Assembly (NCBI GenBank): GCA_963677595.1
Contig: OY782041.1
Location: forward strand, 384,001 to 448,000
Length of the DNA: 64,000 bases
Direction: 5' to 3'
DNA from: Spirochaetia bacterium
GTDB taxonomy: Bacteria > Spirochaetota > Spirochaetia > CAKZLE01
Shown here: piece after piece, positions 38,654 to 48,563 of the stretch
Layout: each line of letters opens with the position of its first letter
Position numbering within the stretch: the stretch's first letter is position 1
Notes under the pieces: generated by a model
Told to the model about the DNA's origin: nothing
Seen by the model: only the letters and a program-made list of their open reading frames with translations
Databases searched by the model: none
Position numbers and translations under genes: made by a program

Positions 38654-39730
38654 TCATGCGCCTCCCTTTGCTGAAGTCACTCGCTTCGATTCCCGGATCA
38701 CCCGGTACTTGAGGAAGAACTCGCTTCCCAGGACGAAGAAGAGGATGAGTCCCTGCAGCAGCGATGCTGCTGCCTGGGGTATCTGGAACACGGTCTGGAT
38801 ATAGGATCCTCCCTCCACCATGACGGCAAAGAGGAAGGAGACGACCAGGATGGCTATGGCATTGAGCTGGCCGAGCCAGGCGATGATGATCGCGGTATAC
38901 CCTACCCCGTTGCTTACATCTATACTCAGGGTCATGTTCACCCCGGAGACCTGGATCATACCGACGATCCCGCAGATCCCCCCGCTGATGAAGAGGGTCC
39001 CGAGGATGATCTTCGAGGTAGGCATGCCCGCATAGCGGGCTGTCGCCTCGTTCTCCCCGATGACCCGGATCTCATAGCCTCGTTTGGTGTAGTTGATGAA
39101 GAGGTAGATGAGGACGACCAGCACGGGTACGAGGATGATCCCGATATGGACGCCGAACAGCTTGGGCAGCTGGGCGTTCTTCACGAGGTTCGGGATCTTC
39201 GGGTAGCCGAATGCGTGTTCATCCTTCCAAGCCACGTACTGCAGGTAGGTGATCCACTTCAATGCCACGTAGTTGAGCATGAGGGTGAGGATCGTCTCAT
39301 TGGTCTTGAACTTCACCTTGAGGAATGCCGGGATCAGTGCCCACAGCCCGCCGCCGACGAGTCCCGCAGCCACCATGAGCGGCAGCAGGATGATCTTCGG
39401 GAGCGACTGGAAGTTGAGGCCGACATAGGTGGCGGCAGCTGCCCCCATCATGATCTGCCCTTCCCCGCCGATATTCCAGAACTTCATCCTGAAGGATAAG
39501 CCTATCCCGAGGGCAGTCAGGGCATAGGGGATGGTCCTCGTGAGGGTCTCCCGGACACGGTAGCCGGATCCCAGGCCCCCGTCTATCATGGAGGCGTAGA
39601 CCTCGAACGGGTTATGCCCGAGGAAGAGCAGGAGGAATCCCGAGAGGGTGAATGCAAGAAGGATCGCATAGACGCGCACGCGGATCTTCTTGGCCATGGA
39701 ACAGGTTTCAAGCGGTACGATCCTAGCCAT
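38654..39730 (-). CDS. Nucleoside/purine ABC transporter permease (NupB/YufP-like)
   Basis: WNIGGEGQ, NETILTLMLNY, GENEATARYAG. Confidence 0.9.
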   Translation of the reverse strand: MARIVPLETCSMAKKIRVRVYAILLAFTLSGFLLLFLGHNPFEVYASMIDGGLGSGYRVRETLTRTIPYALTALGIGLSFRMKFWNIGGEGQIMMGAAAATYVGLNFQSLPKIILLPLMVAAGLVGGGLWALIPAFLKVKFKTNETILTLMLNYVALKWITYLQYVAWKDEHAFGYPKIPNLVKNAQLPKLFGVHIGIILVPVLVVLIYLFINYTKRGYEIRVIGENEATARYAGMPTSKIILGTLFISGGICGIVGMIQVSGVNMTLSIDVSNGVGYTAIIIAWLGQLNAIAILVVSFLFAVMVEGGSYIQTVFQIPQAAASLLQGLILFFVLGSEFFLKYRVIRESKRVTSAKGGA

Positions 39731-41261
39731 TGCTGCACTCCTCCCCGATCGTCGTCATCAGGACTCCCAGTTCATTCTTCGTGATCTCGTCAGGGTTCGC
39801 GATCCCTGAGACCTGTCCGCAATAGAGGACCATGACCCGGTCGCAGACTTCCAGCAGCAGGTCCAGATCCTCTGCCAGGAGCAGGACCCCGGCCCCTCTG
39901 GCCTTCTGCTCATTGAGCAGTTCGATGACCTTGTGGGTGACCCCGAGATCGAGTCCCCGTACGGGGTAGGAGGCGATGAGGACCTTCGGGTCACTCATGA
40001 TCTCACGCCCGATGAGTATCTTCTGCAGGTTGCCGCCCGAGAGAACGCTGATCGGCCGGTCGATCCCGGGATGCATGACATCGAGGGATTCGACGAGCCG
40101 TTCGGTCATCTCGTAGGCACGCTTCGAGTCGATGAAGATCCCCTTGCCTGCATGGTAGTCACGGAGCATGACGTTGTCGACGAGGCTCATGCTGCCGACC
40201 AGTCCCATCCCGAGCCGGTCCTCAGGCACGAAGTTGATCGGGACGACACCCTGCCGGAAGATCTCACTCGCGCTCTTGCCTGCGATCTCCTTCCCGTTCG
40301 CCTTCACCGACCCGGAATCTATCTTCTGCAGGCCTACCAGGGCCTGGCAGAGCTGTTTCTGGCCGCTCCCCGATACCCCGGCCACGCCGAGGATCTCGCC
40401 GGCATGGAGGTCGAAGGAGACGCCCCTGAGCTGCCGCATCGCTGCGGCATCATTTACGTGGAGGTCACTCACCTCCAGGACGACGTCTCCAGCGGGGACC
40501 CTCAGCCTCGGGAACTCCATCTTCATGGACTTCCCGACCATGATATCAGCGAGCTCCTTCTGGGTCGTCTCTGCCGTACTGAGGGTCTTCACGACCCTTC
40601 CCTTGCGCATGATGGTGACACGGTCGCTGATCTCCATGACCTCATACAGCTTATGGGTGATGATGATCGCTGTCTTACCAGCATCACGCATAGTCCGGAT
40701 GATGGAGAAGAGCCGTTCGGTCTCCTGCGGGGTCAGTACGGTGGTTGGTTCATCAAGGATGAGGATCTCAGCCCCCCGGTAGAGGACCTTGAGGATCTCC
40801 AGTGTCTGCTTCTGCCCGACGCCCATGTCCGAGACATAAGCTTCCAGGTCCAGAGAGAGACCTGTCTCCCGGCAGATCTCAGCGATCCGTTTACGGCAGC
40901 CCTTCCTGTCAAGGAAGAGTGAGCCGTTCGGCCCCGCTATGATATTCTGCCAGGCCTTCATGGCATCCACCAGCTTGAAATGCTGGTAGATCATGCCGAT
41001 GCCTGCATCGATGGAGTCTTGGGGAGAGCCGAAAGTCTCCTCGCTGCCGTCGATCATGATGGTCCCGGCATCGGGGGTGTAGATCCCTGAGAGGATGTTC
41101 ATCAAGGTACTCTTGCCCGCCCCGTTCTCGCCGAGGATGGCATGCACCTCTCCCCGCCTGATGTCCAGGTCCACATCGTCATTGGCCTTGAGGGGACCGA
41201 ATTCCTTGGTGATCCCCCGCATGCTGATCACGACTTCATTACTCACCATATACTCCTGCAT
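39723..41261 (-). CDS. Nucleoside/purine ABC transporter ATP-binding protein (NupA/YufO-like)
   Basis: [42 protein letters not shown]. Confidence 0.9.
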   Translation of the reverse strand: MQEYMVSNEVVISMRGITKEFGPLKANDDVDLDIRRGEVHAILGENGAGKSTLMNILSGIYTPDAGTIMIDGSEETFGSPQDSIDAGIGMIYQHFKLVDAMKAWQNIIAGPNGSLFLDRKGCRKRIAEICRETGLSLDLEAYVSDMGVGQKQTLEILKVLYRGAEILILDEPTTVLTPQETERLFSIIRTMRDAGKTAIIITHKLYEVMEISDRVTIMRKGRVVKTLSTAETTQKELADIMVGKSMKMEFPRLRVPAGDVVLEVSDLHVNDAAAMRQLRGVSFDLHAGEILGVAGVSGSGQKQLCQALVGLQKIDSGSVKANGKEIAGKSASEIFRQGVVPINFVPEDRLGMGLVGSMSLVDNVMLRDYHAGKGIFIDSKRAYEMTERLVESLDVMHPGIDRPISVLSGGNLQKILIGREIMSDPKVLIASYPVRGLDLGVTHKVIELLNEQKARGAGVLLLAEDLDLLLEVCDRVMVLYCGQVSGIANPDEITKNELGVLMTTIGEECSNG

Positions 41262-41274
41262 CTTATACGAAGAA

Positions 41275-41314
41275 GATGCTGAGGAATGAGCGGGGACCGC
41301 TCATTCCTTTGCAT
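41275..41314 (-). promoter_or_regulatory. Intercistronic stem-loop after the BMP gene
   Basis: AGGAATGAGCGG-GGA-CCGCTCATTCCT core with extended flanking pairing. Confidence 0.55.
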
Positions 41315-41334
41315 CATATAAACTGACTTGCTGG

Positions 41335-42411
41335 TTACTCGATAGAACCGATGACGCCGTCAACGAGGAAGCTCATGCCGAGCTTGTCGCCGTCGCTCAT
41401 GACTTCGCCGTCTGCCAGTACGAGGTTGCCCTGGTTGTCATACAGCGGGCCTGCGAAGACCTCGAAGGAACCGTCGATGATCTTTGCCTGTACCTCATCC
41501 ACGATCGCCTGTGCCCCTGCAGGAGCGTTCTTGCCGAGCGGTGCGAGCCGAACGACATCGTCTTCCATGCCGCCCCAGTAGTTGCTTGCGTCCCAGGTGC
41601 CGTTCATGACTTCCTGAGTCACTGCCACATAATAGGGATCCCAGTTCCAGTAGGGAGAGGTGAGGCATGCTTCAGGTGCAGCTGCGTTCATGTCCGCATG
41701 GTAGCCGACACCCCATACACCCCTGGCCTCTGCTGCCTGGAGGTTCGCAGGAGCAGTCTGGTGCTGGGCGATGACGTCACAGCCCTTGTCGATGAGTGCG
41801 AAGGTTGCTTCCTTCTCGTTCGGCGGGTTGTCCCAGTCAAGGGTCCAGGTCACTTCGACCGTCACGTCTGGGTTCACGCTCTTTGCACCAAGGGTGAAGG
41901 CGTTGATTCCCCGGACGACTTCCGGGATACTGAAGGCTGCGATATACCCGAGCTTGTTGGTCTCGGTCTTGAGTCCTGCCACGATACCGGAGAGGTAACG
42001 AGCCTGGTAGATCTTTCCGAGGTAGTTGACCGCATTCTCTGTCTGCATGTATCCGCCGCAGTGGAAGAAAGCGACTTCCGGATGCTCTGCAGCGACTTCA
42101 AGCATATAGTCCATGTAGCCGAAGCTGGTAGCGAAGATCATCTTGGCACCCTGGGCGATCATGTCCCTCATGACTTTCGCACTCTCCTGGGTGTTGGGGA
42201 CGTTCTCTTTGTAGAGGGTCTCCACGCCGAGCTCCTTCTCAATAGCCAGCCTTCCTGCATTGTGCTGCTGGGTCCAGCCCATGTCACCGATAGGTCCGGT
42301 GAAGACGAAACCGACCTTGAACACCTCTTCTTTCTTCTCTTCCTGAGCCCCGCCCGCGAACAGCGGAGACAGCACCAGCAGGATCGCTAAGAGACATAGC
42401 ACTTTCTTCAT
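41335..42411 (-). CDS. BMP-family ABC substrate-binding protein (purine/nucleoside type)
   Basis: GPIGDMGWTQQH, FATSFGY, IPEVVRGINAF, DVIAQHQ, WGGM, FAGPLYD; signal peptide …FAGGAQE. Confidence 0.9.
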   Translation of the reverse strand: MKKVLCLLAILLVLSPLFAGGAQEEKKEEVFKVGFVFTGPIGDMGWTQQHNAGRLAIEKELGVETLYKENVPNTQESAKVMRDMIAQGAKMIFATSFGYMDYMLEVAAEHPEVAFFHCGGYMQTENAVNYLGKIYQARYLSGIVAGLKTETNKLGYIAAFSIPEVVRGINAFTLGAKSVNPDVTVEVTWTLDWDNPPNEKEATFALIDKGCDVIAQHQTAPANLQAAEARGVWGVGYHADMNAAAPEACLTSPYWNWDPYYVAVTQEVMNGTWDASNYWGGMEDDVVRLAPLGKNAPAGAQAIVDEVQAKIIDGSFEVFAGPLYDNQGNLVLADGEVMSDGDKLGMSFLVDGVIGSIE

Positions 42412-42604
42412 ACCCTAAACTCCTTACGTGTAGCCAAAATATTCTCATCCGCCATACAGGCGGCCTTGAGTCTATCCAAAAGACATCCACATACACCGCT
42501 GAATCCACGGCTATGGACATACCTGCTACCACACAGGTCTGATACTGAGACGGATTCTGTTCGTTAACATTGATCCACACTAGATGTGCGACAAGGAACT
42601 GGCT

Positions 42605-42635
42605 GTTTTAGACTTGCAAAGCCTGCAAGGTTTCG
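42605..42635 (-). promoter_or_regulatory. Shared leader motif, copy 2 (upstream of the BMP gene)
   Basis: Plus strand GTTTTAGACTTG-CAAAGCCTG-CAAGGTTTCG. Confidence 0.5.
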
Positions 42636-42997
42636 TGGTTACTGTGTATACATAAAGTGCTCATGTATCAGTTGACCATAATAGATTCTGAACCATATCG
42701 TACCATCTGCTCAATAATTATGCAATCTTTTTCATTATATTACATTTTGTTGTCTGATTTTACGATTCAGTACCTACAGGATGTCATGGTGTTCCCACCA
42801 ATCATGTCTTATCTTAAATAAATGCAATTTTCATGCCATCAATTATATAGAGCATATTATCAACAAAACGGGGAGATTTTGCAACAATTTTTAGATGATA
42901 ACGAACAATATTCTCATGATGTTGCAGAACAAAACCTATCCTGCAACATCACGCATCACGTAAATGTAGGATTCCGTCACAGAATCCTACATGGATG

Positions 42998-43819
42998 TCA
43001 GGATTCTTCAACCCGGTGCAGATAGACGTCCTGCTGCGGATAGGGGATCGTGATATCCTCGGCATCGAACCGGAGTTTTATCTCCTTCACCAGGTCGAAC
43101 CTGACAGGCCAGTAGTCTGCTACCGCTACCCAGGGTCGTACAGCGAAGTTCACGCTGCTGTCCCCGAGTTCGAGCACCGCGACCTTGTAGGCGGGTTCCG
43201 TGAGAACTCGTGCTTCCGCATCGAGGATCTCCACCAGCAGCTTCTCGACCACCCTGATATCGTCATCGTAGCTCACTCCGATGACCAGGTCGATCCGCCT
43301 CTGGTCCTTGGCGCTGTAGTTGGTGATGGTCCCGCCCATGACCTGGGTGTTAGGAACAGTCACCATCTTGTTGTCAGGGGTGGTCAGGGTCGTGGTGAAC
43401 ATCCCGATGGCGGCGACGGTGCCGGCAGTCCCCCCGCCCTCTATGTAGTCGCCGATCTTGAAGGGATGCAGCAAGATGATCAGGACGCCTGATGCGAAGT
43501 TAGCGAGCGATCCCTGGAGTGCCAGGCCGATCGCAAGGCCTGCAGCACCGATGACTGCGACCAGGCTGGTTGTCTGGACCCCGAGCTGGCCGAGGGCTGC
43601 GATGACGACGAAGGCGAGCAGCAGGATGTGGAGCAGGCTGCCCAGGAATGAGGTCAGCGTTGCATCGAATTTACGTCTCGTGAAGAAGGCCTTCATCCCC
43701 TTCACGATCAGCTTGACGGCAATCAAGCCGATGATGAGGATCAGGATGGCGAATACCACGTTCAACCCGTAGGTGAGTATGAGTTCCTGTACCGTTCCCA
43801 GGATATTTGTCCAGTCCAT
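42998..43819 (-). CDS. mscS: Small-conductance mechanosensitive channel
   Basis: GAAGLAIGLALQGSLANFASG, PFKIGD, VPN, ITIPYPQQDV. Confidence 0.92.
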   Translation of the reverse strand: MDWTNILGTVQELILTYGLNVVFAILILIIGLIAVKLIVKGMKAFFTRRKFDATLTSFLGSLLHILLLAFVVIAALGQLGVQTTSLVAVIGAAGLAIGLALQGSLANFASGVLIILLHPFKIGDYIEGGGTAGTVAAIGMFTTTLTTPDNKMVTVPNTQVMGGTITNYSAKDQRRIDLVIGVSYDDDIRVVEKLLVEILDAEARVLTEPAYKVAVLELGDSSVNFAVRPWVAVADYWPVRFDLVKEIKLRFDAEDITIPYPQQDVYLHRVEES

Positions 43820-43921
43820 AATGCACTCCTCCAGAAATGTGTATTTTCCCTATCATACCATATTTGCAGATCTCGAAAAACTGCTTTGTACATTCTATGA
43901 AAATATGGTAATTTAGTTCTC

Positions 43922-46096
43922 ATGGATCAGAAAGTCATAAACCATATTAACAGCAAGACAAGCATACCAGCGCAGCAGGTGATCCCTGTCCTGCGTCTGC
44001 TCGATGAGGGATGTACGGTCCCATTCATCGCCCGATACCGGAAAGAGGCGACAGGGGGTCTGGATGAGGTCCAGATCATCGCTGTCCGTGACACCCGTGA
44101 GATCTGGAACGAGCTGCAGAAGCGGAAGGAGGCTGTACTCTCCAACCTCAAGGAGCGGGAACTCCTCACCGGGGAGCTCGAGCAGGCCATCGCTGATGCA
44201 GAGACTCTTACCCGTGTCGAGGATATATACCTCCCCTTCAAGCAGAAGAAGAAGACGAAGGGAATGGTCGCCAAGGAGGCCGGTCTCCAGCCGCTGGCTG
44301 ACTGGCTCTATGCCAGGGGCACGCGGCGCGAGGATGTTCCCAAGGAGAAGGTCCACGAGAAGGCTAAGGAGTTCATCAACCCGGAGAAGATGATCTTCGC
44401 CCCGATCGAGGCCCTGAACGGGGCCAAGCATATCCTGGCGGAGCGGTTCAACGAGGATGCAGAGATCAGGCAGGAGATGCGGGACTTCTTCCATTACAAC
44501 GGGGTCATGTCCTCCCGCCCGGTACCGGGGAAGCATGACGACCGGGATGCCCAGAAGTTCAAGGACTACTTCCAGTGGGAAGAGACTGCCTCCAAGGCTC
44601 CCTCCCACCGGATACTGGCAATCCTCCGGGGTACCGATGAGGGATTCCTCATCTCACACTTCAGGCCGGATGAGGATGAGGCGGTCATACGGCTGACCAG
44701 GCGTATCCTGGGACGGATCGACCTGGAACGGAACCAGGCGGCTTCATGGCTCGAGGCTGCCATCATCGACGGCTACAAGCGCCTGATCGCCCCCTCCCTC
44801 GAGAACGGGCTTCGCAAGGAGTGCAAGGACCGGGCTGATGAGGATGCGATCAAGGTCTTCACCGATAACGCACGGGAATTGCTGTTAGCCTCACCCCTTG
44901 GGTCGAAACGGATCCTCGCAGTGGACCCGGGCCTGCGAACCGGCTGCAAAGTAGTAGCGCTTGATGAGAAGGGAGACCTCCTCCACCATGATGCGATCTA
45001 CCCCCTGGTCCCCCATAGGAAGGAGCGTGAGGCTGCTGTCCTGATCAAGAACTGGATCAGGCTCTACCATATAGAAGCGATCGCCGTAGGCAACGGTACC
45101 GGCGGCCGGGAGGCCGAACGGTTCCTCAAAACCACGATAAAAGATTTGGATCTAGACATCCCCGTGATCATGGTAAACGAGAGCGGCGCATCGATCTATT
45201 CTGCCTCCAGGGTCGCACGGGAAGAGTTCCCTGACAAGGATGTCACCGTCCGTGGTGCGGTATCGATCGGCAGGCGACTCATGGACCCGCTCGCAGAGCT
45301 GGTCAAGATCGACCCGAAGTCGATCGGGGTCGGCCAGTACCAGCATGACGTGAACCAGTCGATGCTTGCCCAGTCGCTTTCCGACGTCGTCCAGTCCTGT
45401 GTGAACTCGGTCGGTGTCCAGATCAATACGGCCAGTGCCCAGCTGCTCAAGTATGTATCGGGGATCACCCCGAGGACTGCCGAGGCGATCACCAGGTACC
45501 GTGAGATCCACGGGCCCTTCCGAGACCGTTCACAGGTCATGATGGTCACCGGTATCGGAGCAAAAAGTTTTGAACAGTCAGCGGGTTTCTTGCGGATCAG
45601 GAATGCAGAGAACCCGCTGGACAGCAGCGCTGTCCACCCGGAGGCTTACCCCATCGTGGAGCAGATGGCAACAGACCTGCAGTGTTCTATCAAGGATCTG
45701 GTTTCCATGCCGGAATTACGGAAGAAGATTAAAATACGGGATTATGTTACAGATACCGTAGGTATTCCAACCCTTGAAGACATCATGGGAGAGCTGGAGA
45801 AGCCCGGTCGTGATCCCAGGGAGGATTTCACCTATGCCTCCTTCTCTGACGACGTCCATGAGATCACGGACCTCATGCCGGGGATGGAACTGCCGGGAGT
45901 AGTCACCAACGTGACGGCATTCGGGGCATTCGTTGACATCGGGGTACACCAGGACGGCCTGGTCCATATCAGTAAGCTGGCCAACCGTTTCGTGCGGGAC
46001 CCGAACGAGATCGTGACAGTAAACCAGCAGGTAACGGTAACCGTCGTAGATGTTGACCTGGACAGGAGAAGGATATCGTTGAGCATGTGTGATTAG
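43922..46096 (+). CDS. tex: Tex-family RNA-binding transcriptional accessory protein
   Basis: TVPFIARYRKE, DPGLRTGCK, ESGASIYSAS, IGVGQYQHD, C-terminal S1 domain (FGAFVDIGVHQDGLVHIS). Confidence 0.95.
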   Translation: MDQKVINHINSKTSIPAQQVIPVLRLLDEGCTVPFIARYRKEATGGLDEVQIIAVRDTREIWNELQKRKEAVLSNLKERELLTGELEQAIADAETLTRVEDIYLPFKQKKKTKGMVAKEAGLQPLADWLYARGTRREDVPKEKVHEKAKEFINPEKMIFAPIEALNGAKHILAERFNEDAEIRQEMRDFFHYNGVMSSRPVPGKHDDRDAQKFKDYFQWEETASKAPSHRILAILRGTDEGFLISHFRPDEDEAVIRLTRRILGRIDLERNQAASWLEAAIIDGYKRLIAPSLENGLRKECKDRADEDAIKVFTDNARELLLASPLGSKRILAVDPGLRTGCKVVALDEKGDLLHHDAIYPLVPHRKEREAAVLIKNWIRLYHIEAIAVGNGTGGREAERFLKTTIKDLDLDIPVIMVNESGASIYSASRVAREEFPDKDVTVRGAVSIGRRLMDPLAELVKIDPKSIGVGQYQHDVNQSMLAQSLSDVVQSCVNSVGVQINTASAQLLKYVSGITPRTAEAITRYREIHGPFRDRSQVMMVTGIGAKSFEQSAGFLRIRNAENPLDSSAVHPEAYPIVEQMATDLQCSIKDLVSMPELRKKIKIRDYVTDTVGIPTLEDIMGELEKPGRDPREDFTYASFSDDVHEITDLMPGMELPGVVTNVTAFGAFVDIGVHQDGLVHISKLANRFVRDPNEIVTVNQQVTVTVVDVDLDRRRISLSMCD

Positions 46097-46121
46097 TCAA
46101 CGGGATTTCTCCATACCCCTA

Positions 46122-46150
46122 TTGACGTTGCAGTAGGTTCTATATATACT
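46122..46150 (+). promoter_or_regulatory. Sigma70 promoter of the tRNA pair
   Basis: TTGACG, 17-nt spacer, TATACT. Confidence 0.7.
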
Positions 46151-46164
46151 CTGATTTCGTCTGA

Positions 46165-46237
46165 CGGGGTGTTGCCTAGTGGCTAAGGCGCCTGCTTTGG
46201 GAGCAGGAGATCGGAGGTTCGAGTCCTCTCACCCCGA
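46165..46237 (+). tRNA. tRNA-Pro (anticodon TGG)
   Basis: Acceptor stem CGGGGTG/CACCCCG; anticodon arm CCTGC-TTTGGGA-GCAGG; T-loop GGTTCGAGTCC; CCA not encoded. Confidence 0.95.
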
Positions 46238-46246
46238 TTAACATAT

Positions 46247-46320
46247 GCGCTCATAGCTCAGCTGGATAGAGCAACGGCCTTCTAAGCCGTAGGTCGCAGG
46301 TTCGAACCCTGCTGGGCGTA
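46247..46320 (+). tRNA. tRNA-Arg (anticodon TCT)
   Basis: Acceptor stem GCGCTCA/TGGGCGT; D-arm AGCTCAGCTGGATAGAGC; anticodon arm ACGGC-CTTCTAA-GCCGT; GGTTCGAACCC. Confidence 0.95.
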
Positions 46321-46887
46321 AACTATCCCTCCTTCAAACAGACAAATTCACTCACAATCTACGACTCATGATTTTGTCACATATTGCGAATCCCAGCGGA
46401 CGCATATGGGTATGTAATACACCCCTACAACCAAATAACATGTATGAGGAGTGCTGGTCGGATGACGTGATCATGCGTGCATGACTATCCCCGTAAGTTG
46501 GGTGATAGATTCAGACGTAATGAGTATGTATTTTGCAGGAGGCGAACCCAACTTATGTTAGTAGAATATTTTTTCCGAATGTCTTCCGAATTCTTTCCTA
46601 AATCATATCAGATCCAAATTGAGCGTCTCTGAACAGCTTGCATATCTCAATCCGATATATTAGTTTGCCTACTGAAATCTCCCAATTGTTGACTCCTCTA
46701 TCTGTATAAGCTACTATGGATTACGGAGATTGGATTTAGTTCAATGAAAGGGAAGAGGCAGGAGGAGGCTCCTGCCGAGTACCACTCCACAAGCAAAACG
46801 CATCCATTTCGGGTGCGTTTTCTCATATCTAAACCGACGCACGAGAGTCGCCTCAGAACGCTCCGACCACCGAATAGGGTCATTAAC

Positions 46888-48563
46888 CGATTCATCCCCG
46901 CAGGTGCGGGGAACGGGACTCAATCTCGCCCCTTGCTGACTCAATATACGGTTCATCCCCGCAGGTGCGGGGAACAGTTTCACATATTCAAGATTTTTAT
47001 ATGCATGATCGGTTCATCCCCGCAGGTGCGGGGAACAGATCAGGTATGTCCAGGAGCAGACGAACTACCGCGGTTCATCCCCGCAGGTGCGGGGAACAGG
47101 TTCTGGACGAGCAGGTCGGTGAGCGCAAGAGCGGTTCATCCCCGCAGGTGCGGGGAACAGACCATCTTCATAAGTTCCGTCAATCTCAAGAACGGTTCAT
47201 CCCCGCAGGTGCGGGGAACAGGTGCAGCGCTACAGTTAGCTATTTGACTACAACGGTTCATCCCCGCAGGTGCGGGGAACAGTCCGCATCACGCTTGATG
47301 TCGATCCCCAAAATCGGTTCATCCCCGCAGGTGCGGGGAACATTCGTAAATGTGTCCAGGATCGGTCTCAAACTACGGTTCATCCCCGCAGGTGCGGGGA
47401 ACAGTCCGCATCACGCTTGATGTCGATCCCCAAAATCGGTTCATCCCCGCAGGTGCGGGGAACATTCGTAAATGTGTCCAGGATCGGTCTCAAACTACGG
47501 TTCATCCCCGCAGGTGCGGGGAACAGTACCCGGCTTTCTCCATACCTTCCATACAGTCCGGTTCATCCCCGCAGGTGCGGGGAACAGACAGCTACTATGC
47601 AGATATTGCCTTCGCATCTCGGTTCATCCCCGCAGGTGCGGGGAACAGGTCTTTGTATGATCCGAGTTCACGAATGGCAGCGGTTCATCCCCGCAGGTGC
47701 GGGGAACAGAAGGTGTACTCCCGTTTCGGCTGCAGTATTATCGGTTCATCCCCGCAGGTGCGGGGAACAGAGCTCTTTGCCATACTGCAGCGTATGGGCG
47801 ATCGGTTCATCCCCGCAGGTGCGGGGAACAGGATCTCACACTGATCTGTGAGAGAGTTGTACCCGGTTCATCCCCGCAGGTGCGGGGAACAGGCGGCGGC
47901 AGGAAAGATGGAAAACTTTGCAGACGGTTCATCCCCGCAGGTGCGGGGAACAGGCGGTCACTGAGGAAAAGGACAAGTATACATCCGGTTCATCCCCGCA
48001 GGTGCGGGGAACAGTGCACCCATTCAGGGGCCTGCGTGAACAGGTTCGGTTCATCCCCGCAGGTGCGGGGAACAGGAAAACTCATCCTCAATACCGCAGT
48101 ACTTGGACGGTTCATCCCCGCAGGTGCGGGGAACAGAATCTCTCAGTTCACGAACTCATGCAAGGTTGCGGTTCATCCCCGCAGGTGCGGGGAACAGGTA
48201 TTCTACGGAGTACCTAAGGTTCAGGAGAGCGGTTCATCCCCGCAGGTGCGGGGAACAGTTGATTGGCTCGTCGATGACTGCGGTAAGTTCCGGTTCATCC
48301 CCGCAGGTGCGGGGAACAGGTAAAGATCATCTTTGCTCTTGTATGGGTAATCGGTTCATCCCCGCAGGTGCGGGGAACAGTACGAGCGTACGTACTCGTA
48401 CTACAATCTCGGCGGTTCATCCCCGCAGGTGCGGGGAACAGCTTTGTCCCCGCGAGTGCGTTCTGTTCATATTCGGTTCATCCCCGCAGGTGCGGGGAAC
48501 AGACCTCAGCCGAAGAATCTGATCATCGTTCTGGCGGTTCATCCCCGCAGGTGCGGGGAACAG
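46888..48563 (-). CRISPR. Type I-E CRISPR array: 28 repeats (29 nt) and 27 spacers (32 nt)
   Basis: Plus-strand repeat CGGTTCATCCCCGCAGGTGCGGGGAACAG with an exact 61-nt period. The degenerate terminal repeat is at 46888 and the AT-rich leader is on the cas2 side, so transcription is on the minus strand. Confidence 0.98.

Noticed and set aside
42608-42664. Short ORF MSTLCIHSNHETLQALQV as a leader peptide of the BMP operon
   Set aside because: It has no RBS, and the matching motif at 35767-35795 has a different loop length, so the frame is not conserved and there is no ATG. The conservation looks nucleotide-level.
43913-44608. Long antisense or alternative-frame ORFs here and across the GC-rich regions (e.g. 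11537-12475, 37480-38463, 39933-40922)
   Set aside because: These are shadow ORFs opposite well-supported genes, expected at high GC3.
46494-46555. Inverted repeat TAAGTTGGGT…ACCCAACTTA resembling integron attC cores or a dif arm
   Set aside because: The core order is the reverse of attC, there is no integron integrase, and there is no XerC arm.
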